A program made the translations under genes and the position numbers. From NCBI GenBank assembly GCA_040752575.1, contig JBFMGK010000055.1, forward strand, positions 1 to 19,010: a stretch of 19,010 bases of DNA, in the 5' to 3' direction. Every line of letters starts with the position of its first letter. Positions within the stretch are counted from its first letter, which is position 1. Shown here piece after piece: positions 1 through 8,559 of the stretch. Origin of the DNA: Candidatus Bipolaricaulota bacterium. GTDB lineage: Bacteria > Bipolaricaulota > Bipolaricaulia > UBA7950 > UBA9294. Below the pieces are notes generated by a model. That model did no database searches. It worked only from the letters and a program-made list of their open reading frames with translations, and had not been told where the DNA came from.

Positions 1-259
1 GGCCGTGCGCGAACTGGTTGGGGACCCACATTCCCGAACTTGCCAGGCGCAACGACTCAAGATAACCCGGCGCATGGAAGACCAGCGCCTCGTCGTCGTC
101 GGCTTCGCGCAGCTCGACGCGCCGCACATCGGGGCGGTCGAGCAACCCGTAGGCCGCCAACAAGTCCATGGTCAAGGTCAGGCGGTACACCTTGAACGGG
201 TGTGCATCGCCGAAGTCGAACCGATCGAGCTTTGCCGGGTCTACAAGCGTCTTGTTCAT
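1..259 (-). CDS. acuC: Acetoin utilization protein AcuC / histone deacetylase-family protein, 5' portion (runs off the left edge)
   Basis: Not in the ORF track. Manual translation from ATG 259 gives MNKTLVDPAKLDRFDFGDAHPFKVYRLTLTMDLLAAYGLLDRPDVRRVELREADDDEALVFHAPGYLESLRLASSGMWVPNQFAHG, open to the edge. FDFGxxHPFxxxR and FHxxxY match the AcuC/HDAC N-terminus. Confidence 0.8.
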   Translation of the reverse strand, partial: MNKTLVDPAKLDRFDFGDAHPFKVYRLTLTMDLLAAYGLLDRPDVRRVELREADDDEALVFHAPGYLESLRLASSGMWVPNQFAHG

Positions 260-308
260 CGGCGTCGGCGGCCATGGTACCCGCGGGCGCTCGGGACTGC
301 CACCGCGA

Positions 309-1295
309 CTAGAACGGCCACGTTCTCGCGACGTCCAGTGGCGAAAGGTCCCACGGATCGCATCCGAACGGCGTCGGTGCGCCATCGGCCGCTGTCTCGG
401 CGACGGCGTAGAGCGTTCCGCCGATCTCGACGACGTCGCCTGGGCAGTCGAGCCGAGCCGCCCACGCGGCGCTGACCGGCACAAGGACCAGGACGTGGTC
501 GGGAATGCGGTCGCCCTCGGTGTCGACAAACGCGAGGCTCGAGGGCACGTCGCGTGCGCGCAGCAGACTCACGAACAAGATGGCTGTGTCCTCGCAGTCG
601 CCCTCGGCGTCGGTCAGCGTCTCCAGCGGGTACCAGGGCCACTCCTGGCCTGTGGGATCGACGCGGTACGCGACGACTCCTTGAACAAAGGCCAGGGTGA
701 GGTCAACGAAGGCCTCCTTGGCGCCGCCGGCCAGGTTCCAGAGGATCCCAGCGTAGTCCTCGAGCGTCGGATCGTCGAGAGGATCGCTCACGTAGTCACC
801 GTACTCCGTCGCCGCGGTGATCGTCGTGCGCAGGCGTCCCCTGTACGTCTGGTAGAGGTCCCAAGGGATGAGGAGGTCGCAGGCCATCGCTTGGCCGCGC
901 CAAGTCCAGAGGCAGTGACGGACGACGAATCCGTCGGGCACGTCGCGCACCTCGATCGTTCTCGAGGCCTCCGAGACGCTGCCGCGGCCGTCGGTGACCA
1001 CCAGGCGAACCTCGTGCGTTCCCGCGGAGAAGGGGCGGTCGAGGACGGCCACCGACGCTGTCGTGCCGTCGTCGAAGTGCCACGCGTAGACCAGAGGGTC
1101 TCCGTCCGGATCGCGCGTCATCCGCGCGTCGAGCCGAACGACCAACGTCTCGTACCCCTCGTCGGGCGTCGCCGAGAACGAGGCGACGGGCGGCCGATTG
1201 GCCCCGCAGCCCCCAAGAGCCAGTGCAAGTCCAAACAGCACAAGAACAAGAACAGCGTGCGCGCGCCAAGATCGCACATTCAGCATTGTTAGCAT
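309..1295 (-). CDS. Lipoprotein with PKD domain and C-terminal transglutaminase-like cysteine protease domain
   Basis: Signal peptide with lipobox LALGG-C. PKD hallmarks NRPPVASF, DPDGDPLVYAWHFDDG and VRLVVTDGRG. C-terminal YPLETLTDAEGDCEDTAIL...DHVLVLV...YAVAET (Cys-His-acidic). Alternative start at ATG 1286. Confidence 0.8.
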   Translation of the reverse strand: MLTMLNVRSWRAHAVLVLVLFGLALALGGCGANRPPVASFSATPDEGYETLVVRLDARMTRDPDGDPLVYAWHFDDGTTASVAVLDRPFSAGTHEVRLVVTDGRGSVSEASRTIEVRDVPDGFVVRHCLWTWRGQAMACDLLIPWDLYQTYRGRLRTTITAATEYGDYVSDPLDDPTLEDYAGILWNLAGGAKEAFVDLTLAFVQGVVAYRVDPTGQEWPWYPLETLTDAEGDCEDTAILFVSLLRARDVPSSLAFVDTEGDRIPDHVLVLVPVSAAWAARLDCPGDVVEIGGTLYAVAETAADGAPTPFGCDPWDLSPLDVARTWPF

Positions 1296-1303
1296 GGGGA
1301 GGC

Positions 1304-1332
1304 ATTCTAGCCTCGGCCCGCGCGGCGCTCAA
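1304..1332 (-). promoter_or_regulatory. Sigma70-type promoter for the lipoprotein gene
   Basis: Minus strand TTGAGC (1332-1327), 17 nt, TAGAAT (1309-1304), ending 8 nt before ATG 1295. Confidence 0.65.
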
Positions 1333-1377
1333 CGCCGGGAACCCCGTTCTGTAGAGATATACGAATCGGAGCCGCTA

Positions 1378-1406
1378 TTGACCCTTCGGTCCGACTCCGC
1401 TACGAT
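1378..1406 (+). promoter_or_regulatory. Sigma70-type promoter for trkA-trkH
   Basis: TTGACC (1378-1383), 17 nt, TACGAT (1401-1406), then an AAGGGGG purine tract before ATG 1432. Confidence 0.65.
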
Positions 1407-1431
1407 CGTCCGCGGCAAGGGGGCAGCGCGC

Positions 1432-2094
1432 ATGTACATGATCATCGTCGGGGCCGGAAGCATCGGAGCCCGCCTCATCCACCTCGCGGTCGAAGAGAAG
1501 AACAACGTGGTCGTGATCGACTCCAAGCCGGAGCGGGCGCGCGACGTGTCGAGCCAGTACGACGTGACCGTGCTCGATGCCGACGCGACGTCGGTGGATA
1601 CGCTGCGCGAGGCGGGCGCCGAGCGCGCCGACGCGCTGATGGTGACGACGAACGACGACGCCGTGAACCTCATGGTGGTTTCGATCGGCGTGGAACTCGG
1701 CGTGCCGTCCGTCGTGTCGGTCGTCAACGAGAAGGGACACACGTCGTTTTTCCGCCGCCTCGGCGCGAGCGTCATGGAGAACCCCGAGGAAGTCGTCGCG
1801 GCCCACCTCTACAACGCGGTGAAAAGGCCGAACGTGCGCAACTTCGTGGCCCTCACCGAGGGAGCCCAGGTCTTTCAGTTGGAGATACGCGCCAAGTCGA
1901 TCCTCGCCAACCGGACGATCGGCGCGTGCGTAGAGAAAGAGAGAATTCCCCCGTCGCTGCGGATCCTCGCGCTCGTTCGCGACGGCGAGAAAGACATGGC
2001 GTACGACGGCACCGTGCTTCGTGAAGGCGACCTCGTGACGTTCTACGCTCTCGATCGGGTCTCGGACGACCTGATCAAGAAGCTGACCGGATGA
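1432..2094 (+). CDS. trkA: Trk/Ktr potassium uptake regulatory subunit (single RCK_N + RCK_C, 220 aa)
   Basis: MYMIIVGAGSIG Rossmann motif, DAT..L..AG...AD, T.DD.VN and C-terminal LREGDLV. Start moved from 1198 to ATG 1432, downstream of the promoter. ATGA overlap with trkH. Confidence 0.9.
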   Translation: MYMIIVGAGSIGARLIHLAVEEKNNVVVIDSKPERARDVSSQYDVTVLDADATSVDTLREAGAERADALMVTTNDDAVNLMVVSIGVELGVPSVVSVVNEKGHTSFFRRLGASVMENPEEVVAAHLYNAVKRPNVRNFVALTEGAQVFQLEIRAKSILANRTIGACVEKERIPPSLRILALVRDGEKDMAYDGTVLREGDLVTFYALDRVSDDLIKKLTG

Positions 2095-3608
2095 GAACCC
2101 CGCTGTTCGGTTTTCGCGACGACGCGGCGATCGTCTTTCGCGATCTCGGCCGCGTGATCCCGGTCGTCGGGTGGATGGCCGTGGCGTCGCTCGTCGTCGC
2201 CCTGGTTTTCGGCGAGAGCTACACGGTGTTGCCTCTCTCAATCACCGCGGCGGCTTCGTTCTTTCTTGGAGCGCTCTTCTACCTGCCGTTCCGCCGGTCC
2301 GGCGAGGCCCGGTTGCGGCACGCCATGCTGACGGCCGCGCTGGCGTGGCTCATCGTGCCGTTGGTCGGCGCGTTGCCGTTCATTCTGGTCGCTTCGGCAT
2401 CCGCCTTCCCGGCACGCCTGGCGGCCGGTCTTGCGCCGTTTCGGAATCCGGCGAGCGCCTTCTTCGAGGCGGTCTCGGGGTTCACCGGAACGGGCTTGTC
2501 GATGGCCACGCGGCCCGACCTCCTGCCTCACGCGCTGCAATGGTGGCGCAGCTTCAGCGAGTGGGTCGGCGGCATGGGGGTGATCGTCGTCGTGCTGACG
2601 ATCCTCGCGGGCCCCAAGCCCGGGTTGGCCATGTACAGCTTGTACTACGCCGAAGCGCGGACCGAGAAGATCCACCCCAGCGTGAAGTCGACCGTGTTCT
2701 CGATGTGGTGGATCTTCGTCCTCTACACGGGGGCGAGTGCCGTCGCGCTCTGGGCGTTTGGCATGCCCGTGTGGCACGCCATCAACCAGGCCATGGTCGG
2801 GGTGGCGACGGGCGGCTTCAGCCTGACGCCGAACGGCACGGCAGCGTACCGATCGGTGGGGATCGAGCTGGTCCTCATGGCCAGTATGCTCGTCGGGGCG
2901 ATCAGCTTCTCGATGCACTACGAGATGCTGCGCGGCGAGGGCCGCAAGTTCTGGCGCGACTACCAGACGCGCGCCCTGTTTGCCTTCGTTGCGCTGGGAA
3001 TCGTCGCCCTCACGCTCGAGAATCTGGGGACGATTGGCGGTCTGAACGCGCTTCGGCTCTCGGCCTTTCACTTCGTCTCGGCGGCGACGACCACGGGATT
3101 CCAGGGCACCGACTTCGGGTCGTGGAGCGAGGCGGCCAAGCTCATCCTGGCGCTCGGCATGTTCATCGGCGGAGCGGCCGGGTCGACCGCAGGCGGCATC
3201 AAGCTCATCCGCCTGTTGACGCTCGTCAAGGGCATTCGATGGCGTTTCCGGCAGATCGTGTCTCCGCGCGGGGCGATCGTTCCGCTGCGGATCGGGACCA
3301 CGCCCGTGCGCGAAGGGGAGGTCGGGCAGAGACTCGAGGATGCGGCCATGGTCACGCTGTTGTGGCTCGTCTTCCTTGCGGTGGGCGTCGTGGCCCTTCT
3401 GCACACGGTACCGTCGCGATTCTCGCTCGCCGACGTGATCCTCGAAGTCACGAGCGCCCAGGGCAACGCCGGCCTCTCGACCGGGATCACGAGCCCCACG
3501 ATGACCCTCGCCGGCAAGCTCTCGCTCTGCTTCAACATGTGGGTGGGGCGCTTGGAGATCATCCCCGCGCTCATGCTCCTGCGGACGATCTTCCGGTTCG
3601 GCGGCTAG
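2091..3608 (+). CDS. trkH: Trk potassium uptake membrane protein TrkH
   Basis: Polytopic 505 aa protein with four pore-loop motifs (FEAVSGFTGTG, ATGGFS, SAATTTGF, SAQGNAGLS), plus GGAAGSTAGGIK and MWVGRLE. Confidence 0.93.
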   Translation: MRTPLFGFRDDAAIVFRDLGRVIPVVGWMAVASLVVALVFGESYTVLPLSITAAASFFLGALFYLPFRRSGEARLRHAMLTAALAWLIVPLVGALPFILVASASAFPARLAAGLAPFRNPASAFFEAVSGFTGTGLSMATRPDLLPHALQWWRSFSEWVGGMGVIVVVLTILAGPKPGLAMYSLYYAEARTEKIHPSVKSTVFSMWWIFVLYTGASAVALWAFGMPVWHAINQAMVGVATGGFSLTPNGTAAYRSVGIELVLMASMLVGAISFSMHYEMLRGEGRKFWRDYQTRALFAFVALGIVALTLENLGTIGGLNALRLSAFHFVSAATTTGFQGTDFGSWSEAAKLILALGMFIGGAAGSTAGGIKLIRLLTLVKGIRWRFRQIVSPRGAIVPLRIGTTPVREGEVGQRLEDAAMVTLLWLVFLAVGVVALLHTVPSRFSLADVILEVTSAQGNAGLSTGITSPTMTLAGKLSLCFNMWVGRLEIIPALMLLRTIFRFGG

Positions 3609-3632
3609 CTGAGCGTTCGGCCGCGTTCCCGC

Positions 3633-3667
3633 TATACTGGGCGGCATCCGCGGAGGTTATGGGGAGG
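3633..3667 (+). promoter_or_regulatory. Probable -10 box and RBS for the S55 peptidase-murF unit
   Basis: TATACT at 3633-3638 with only a weak -35 (CTGAGC, 18-nt spacer). GGGGAGG at 3661-3667 before ATG 3675. Confidence 0.45.
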
Positions 3668-3674
3668 CCACGTC

Positions 3675-5528
3675 ATGCGTTGCCGGAACGTTGCGGTTGG
3701 GCTGATCTTCTGCTTTTTGTCGCTCGCCGGCGCAGGCGCCGAGCGCTCCGAGTTCCTGTTCCTCGACGAGGTCCACGCCGGCATGACGGGGATCGGGAAA
3801 ACGATCGTCGCCGGCGACACCATCAGCGAGTTCGCTGTCGAGATTCTTGGTGTGATCGACGAGCCGGGCGATCTGCGGGACTTCATCGTCGTTCGCGTGA
3901 GCGGCGAAGCCATCGGCCGCTCGGGGGGCATCGCGCAAGGCATGAGCGGCAGCCCGATCTACGTTGGCGGCAAGCTCATCGGAGCCCTAAGCCGCGCCGC
4001 CGCGTGGTCCAAGGAGATCACGCCGATCGGTCTCGTGACGCCGATCGAGCCGATGCTTGCCGTGCTCGACGCGGCGCGGCGAGCGGTGGCGAAGGCCGAT
4101 CCGGCGTCGCTGTTGCACGTGGACGTCGTCGCCTGCGACCGCCGACCGAGCGAGGTGGAGGTCGCGGCGCACCCCGAGGCGTTGTTTTCGTATCCCGTTG
4201 CGACGCCGCTGTTGATCTCGGGGCTTTCGGAGCGTGCGGCGGCCGTTCTCCTGCGCGGTGCGGTCCGCCCGGCGGGGACGCTGGCCTCGTATCTGCCGCA
4301 GTTCGCCCTGGCGCCGTCTCTCTCGGGCTTCGCGTCGCTCGGCCTCGAGCCCTTGCCCCTCGCGGCCTCCCCCACCGCGGGGTCAACGGGAGTCTCGAGC
4401 CTCGTTCCTGGAGGGGGCATCGGTCTCGCGCTCGCGACGGGCGATGTCACGGTGGGAGCGCTGGGGACCGTCACCTATCGAGAGGGCGACGCGGTCATCG
4501 GATTCGGCCATCCGTTTCTCTCGAACGGAGCGTCGGACTTCCCGCTCACGACGGTATCGATCTTCGACACGATGAAGTCCTATGACGCGTCGTTCAAACT
4601 CGGGACGCTCGGGACGCCGCTCGGCACGATCAACGAGGACCGCACCGCGGCGATCGGCGGTCTCATCGGCACGCCGGCGCGCACGATCGGGCTCGACCTC
4701 GACGTGCTCGACCTCGATCGCGACGTTTCGGAGCACTACTCCGTCGAACTTGTGAACGAGGCGCGCCTCGTCCCGGAGCTGTTGCTGTCGGTCGGCCTCG
4801 AGGCGATCGACACGGCGCTTGACCGGATCGGCCCGGGAACGGTGGAAGTCACGTACCAGATCGTTGGCGACGCCATGCCGTCGACTCTCGAGCGCAAGGA
4901 CATCTTCCTCAGCACCTCGGACATCGCCGTCTATCCGCCCTGGCAGCTCGCCGACCTGGTGGCGTATCTCGAGTACAACGAGTTCACCGACCCCGAGTTG
5001 TCGCAGATCTCGGCGTCGATGCGCGTCACGCGCGAGATCCGGGCGATCTTCATCGAGGACCTGGAGATCGACGCCGAATCCTATGCGCCGGGCGACGCGG
5101 TGTTGTTCGAGCTGACGCTCCAGACGTGGCAAGGAGAAAGGATCGTCCTCGAAGATGCGCTGACGATTCCGCCGGATCTCGTCGCGGATTCGCTGTTCGT
5201 CCGTGCCTATTCAGGTCCGCGCGTCGTCGAGGAGGGCGAGGAACCCGTGGAGCTCGACGATTTGGCCGATGTGATCGACCTCATCGAGTCGCTTCCGTCG
5301 TACGAGACGCTGACCGTGGAGCTCTTTGCCGAGGATTGGCTGGATCCGCTCGAAGAGGGTCCGTTCGGCGTGACGGCCATCCAGCGCGACTACCCCGGGT
5401 TCGTCGTGTACGGCGAGATCGAAGTGTCGGCGATGCTGTCGTGGGAAGAGGATGGCGAGGCGGGCGGCGGCGACGACGGCACCGACGGATCCGCCCCCGT
5501 CGTCGAGGGCAAGGAGGAGAAAGAATAG
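3675..5528 (+). CDS. Secreted SpoIVB-like peptidase S55 domain protein
   Basis: Signal peptide; GGIAQGMSGSPIYVGGKLIGA S55 serine motif (Ser91); GTVTY...GFGHPF (His279); very acidic C-terminal region. Confidence 0.8.
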   Translation: MRCRNVAVGLIFCFLSLAGAGAERSEFLFLDEVHAGMTGIGKTIVAGDTISEFAVEILGVIDEPGDLRDFIVVRVSGEAIGRSGGIAQGMSGSPIYVGGKLIGALSRAAAWSKEITPIGLVTPIEPMLAVLDAARRAVAKADPASLLHVDVVACDRRPSEVEVAAHPEALFSYPVATPLLISGLSERAAAVLLRGAVRPAGTLASYLPQFALAPSLSGFASLGLEPLPLAASPTAGSTGVSSLVPGGGIGLALATGDVTVGALGTVTYREGDAVIGFGHPFLSNGASDFPLTTVSIFDTMKSYDASFKLGTLGTPLGTINEDRTAAIGGLIGTPARTIGLDLDVLDLDRDVSEHYSVELVNEARLVPELLLSVGLEAIDTALDRIGPGTVEVTYQIVGDAMPSTLERKDIFLSTSDIAVYPPWQLADLVAYLEYNEFTDPELSQISASMRVTREIRAIFIEDLEIDAESYAPGDAVLFELTLQTWQGERIVLEDALTIPPDLVADSLFVRAYSGPRVVEEGEEPVELDDLADVIDLIESLPSYETLTVELFAEDWLDPLEEGPFGVTAIQRDYPGFVVYGEIEVSAMLSWEEDGEAGGGDDGTDGSAPVVEGKEEKE

Positions 5529-5533
5529 GCGCG

Positions 5534-6895
5534 ATGTTCTCGCTCGACGACGTCGCTCGCGCGATCGGCGGGCGGCGGGAAGGGCGTCGGGCGTCCGTCG
5601 TTCCCTCGGGCTTCTCCGTCGACTCGCGTCGCGTACAGCCGGGCGACCTGTTCTTCGCGTTGCCGGGCGCACGCGTCGACGGTCACGCGTTCGTCGGCGA
5701 CGCATTCGCGCGGGGCGCTGTCGCGGCCGTCGTCTCCGATCTTTCCGTCGCCGCTTCGGACCAGGCGGAGCTGATCTGGGTGGATGACGTCCGGCGCGGC
5801 CTGGTCTCGCTCGCGCGGGCGTGGCGCGAGCGGCTTTCCGCTCCGCTTGTCGGCGTGACCGGGTCGAACGGCAAGACGACCACCAAGGCCCTCCTCGCGC
5901 ACCTCCTGGGAGGGCCCCCGGCCTCCTACGCCTCCCCGGAGAACTACAACACCGAGGTCGGCGTCCCCCTGGCCTTGCTCTCCATGCCGGAGACAGCCGC
6001 CGTCGGCGTCCTCGAGTTGGCCGCCGATCGTCCGGGCGACCTCGCGCCGCTGGCCGACCTCGTACGGCCTTCGGCAGCCCTGATCACGTCGGTGGGACCG
6101 AGCCACTTGGACGGTTTTGGGACCGTGGACGCTGTCGCGACCGAGAAGTGGACCCTGGCCGAGGCCATCAACCCCGGCGGATGGGTGCTGGCGAACGCCG
6201 ATTCGCCGCAGCTCCGCGAGCGAGCGGCGGCCGGACTGCGCGCCGAGTTGGTCACCGTGGGCTTGGAGCATGGCGACGTGCGCGGGCACATCCAGCAGGC
6301 GGTTCCGCTGGTGCTACGCGTCGAGCGGCCGCGACTGGCTTTGAGCACGAATCTCCTCGGGGCGCACAACGCCACGAACGTCCTGCTTGCGGCGCTGGCC
6401 GCGCTGCGTCTTGGGGCCTCGGCCGCGGACGTCGAGCGGCGAGCGGCGACGTTTGGCCCTGCCGCACACCGAATGGAGCGCCGGCGGGCGCGATTCGGGG
6501 TCGTGCTGGACGACGTCTACAACGCGAACCCCAGTTCGGTGGCGGCCGCGCTCGACGTGCTCGTCGGTTGCCGCGCCGCCGGGCAGGCGGTGTTCATCTT
6601 TGGCGACATGCTTGGGCTTGGCGAGGGGTCTGCCCGCCTGCACGACGAGACGGTTCGACGCGCGCTGTCCCTCGCCGTCGACGCGATCTATCCGGTGGGC
6701 GAGGCGGCCGCGGCCGCCGCACGGCGTGTCGGCGACCCGCGGATCCTCGTCCTGCCTCGCGAGAGAGTCGCGGTCCACGTGGCGAAACGATTGGCCGACA
6801 CGACGGATGCGGCGGTGCTCGTCAAGGGCTCGCGCGGCGTCGGGCTCGAGAGTCTGGTCGACGAACTCCTGCGTCTCGCGCCCTACTCCGCGTAG
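5534..6895 (+). CDS. murF: UDP-N-acetylmuramoyl-tripeptide--D-Ala-D-Ala ligase
   Basis: DSR...PGDLFFAL.G...DGH, GVTGSNGKTTTK, NYNTEVGVP, DDVYNANP, GDMLGLG, LVKGSRG. Start at ATG 5534, 5 nt after the previous stop. Confidence 0.92.
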   Translation: MFSLDDVARAIGGRREGRRASVVPSGFSVDSRRVQPGDLFFALPGARVDGHAFVGDAFARGAVAAVVSDLSVAASDQAELIWVDDVRRGLVSLARAWRERLSAPLVGVTGSNGKTTTKALLAHLLGGPPASYASPENYNTEVGVPLALLSMPETAAVGVLELAADRPGDLAPLADLVRPSAALITSVGPSHLDGFGTVDAVATEKWTLAEAINPGGWVLANADSPQLRERAAAGLRAELVTVGLEHGDVRGHIQQAVPLVLRVERPRLALSTNLLGAHNATNVLLAALAALRLGASAADVERRAATFGPAAHRMERRRARFGVVLDDVYNANPSSVAAALDVLVGCRAAGQAVFIFGDMLGLGEGSARLHDETVRRALSLAVDAIYPVGEAAAAAARRVGDPRILVLPRERVAVHVAKRLADTTDAAVLVKGSRGVGLESLVDELLRLAPYSA

Positions 6896-8559
6896 GGCGG
6901 GACGACCCTGAACGCGTCGACGTCGACGAGGCCGAGGTCGGAGAGCTTGAGGTGCGGAACGACGGGCAGGGCCAAGAACGACAGGGTCATGAACGGCTCC
7001 GGAAGACCAGATCCCAACTCGTGAGCCGCCTCTCGCAGCCGGTGCTCGGCGCGCGCAACCTCGGCCAGCCCCGACGTGGAGAGAAGCCCGGCGAGCGGGA
7101 GGGGGAGCAGGGCGAGCACCTCTCCATCCCGCACGACCGCCTGGCCTCCGCCGGACTGGGCCACGACATCCGCTGCGAGCCTCATGTCGTCGTCATCCAC
7201 GCCGAGAACGACAAGAGGGTGTGCGTCGTGGGCGACGGTCGAAGCCAGGGCGCCGGCGCGCAGGCCGAAACCGCGGACGAACCCGACGCCGATCGCCCCG
7301 GACGCCGACGTCCGATCGACAACCGCGGCCTTCGCCAGATCGCGCTCAGGGTCGGCGAGCGCCTCGTCCCCCCGAACGAGGGGAGGCTCGAGGAGACTCT
7401 GCGTCACGATCTGGTTCTCCTCGGCGCCGATCACTCGCAGACGTTCCTCGGGCCGGCGGGGAGCCGCAACCGAGAACGGGCGCTGCGGCCAAGGCGCCAG
7501 ATGGATCGTGTTTCGGAGGGCGTCGAGCGACGCCTCGGGAGCGCGGGCGAGAAGCTCTCCGCCCCGCGCGACGATACGCCCCTCGAACACGACCTCGTCG
7601 ACGTCGAACGCCTCGACGGACGAGACCAAGAGCGCATCGGCGGCGTAGCCCGGGGCAAGGGCTCCGACGCGACGCAGTCCATAGGTGCGCGCGGCGTGCA
7701 ACGTCGCCGCGGCAAGGGCCGTCTCCGGAGCCACGCCGGCGGCGACCGCGCGCCGCACCATGCCGTCCACGTGGCCCTCGTCGGCGAGCATGGCCGCGCT
7801 GCGGTCGTCGGTCGCGAAGTGGACGAACGGCGCGGTCCGCTCATCCAGCAGCGGCAAGAGGTCATCGAGATTGCGCGCCGGCGCGGCTTCGCGCAGCAGG
7901 ATGTGCATACCGTGGGCGAGCTTTTCCGCCGCCTCCGCGAGACGCGTGCACTCGTGGTCGGTGGAAGGCCCGGCGGCAACGTACTCCGCGAGGGATCCGC
8001 CCGATAGACCGGGCGCGTGGCCGTCGATCGGCTTCCCCGCGGCCAGGGACAGTTTGGCCATGAGTTCGGCGTCACCCGCGAGGACTCCGGGGACGTTCAT
8101 GACCTCGGCGAGTCCAATCACGCCGGGTTCGGCGAGCAGGACGCGCGTCTCCTCCGGGCCGAGCCGGACGCTCGACGTCTGGAAAGGACTCGCGGGGACG
8201 CACGACGGCGCCATGAACCGCACGCGCAGGGGAAGTCCGGCGGTCGCTCGAACGAAGGTAAGGGTGCCGGGGAGTCCGCAGACGTTGGCGACCTCATGCG
8301 GATCGGCGACGACCGTCGTCGTCCCATGCGGTACGACGGCGCGGGCGAACTCCGCCGGCGTCAGATGGGAGCTCTCCAGGTGGACGTGGGCGTCGACAAG
8401 GCCCGGGATCACGATGCGGCCGCGCGCGTCGATCGTCTCGCGTGCCGCCCCCGGCGAGAAGCCGACGACCGTGCCCCCGTCGATAGCCAGGTCGCGTCGT
8501 ACGAAGCGGCCGGTGAAGACGTCGAAGACGCAGCCGCCGCGAATCGCGAGATCGATCAT
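6883..8559 (-). CDS. ade: Adenine deaminase
   Basis: PGLVDAHVHLESS, GTTTVVADPHEVANV, PSCVPA, GLAEVMN, DGHAPG, TDHEC, TDD, STVAHDAH, LSFLALPVVP.LK.SD.GL.D. Start MIDLAIRGG at 8559 overlaps the murE stop (ATGA). Confidence 0.93.
   Translation of the reverse strand: MIDLAIRGGCVFDVFTGRFVRRDLAIDGGTVVGFSPGAARETIDARGRIVIPGLVDAHVHLESSHLTPAEFARAVVPHGTTTVVADPHEVANVCGLPGTLTFVRATAGLPLRVRFMAPSCVPASPFQTSSVRLGPEETRVLLAEPGVIGLAEVMNVPGVLAGDAELMAKLSLAAGKPIDGHAPGLSGGSLAEYVAAGPSTDHECTRLAEAAEKLAHGMHILLREAAPARNLDDLLPLLDERTAPFVHFATDDRSAAMLADEGHVDGMVRRAVAAGVAPETALAAATLHAARTYGLRRVGALAPGYAADALLVSSVEAFDVDEVVFEGRIVARGGELLARAPEASLDALRNTIHLAPWPQRPFSVAAPRRPEERLRVIGAEENQIVTQSLLEPPLVRGDEALADPERDLAKAAVVDRTSASGAIGVGFVRGFGLRAGALASTVAHDAHPLVVLGVDDDDMRLAADVVAQSGGGQAVVRDGEVLALLPLPLAGLLSTSGLAEVARAEHRLREAAHELGSGLPEPFMTLSFLALPVVPHLKLSDLGLVDVDAFRVVPPYAE

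Noticed and set aside
1296..1431. c-di-AMP (ydaO) riboswitch upstream of trkA
   Set aside because: The predicted leader is only about 20 nt, the region is occupied by two divergent promoters, and the conserved motifs are absent.
6883..6895. 13-bp convergent overlap of murF and ade as a special feature
   Set aside because: Short 3' overlaps are common in compact high-GC genomes, and both proteins look complete.
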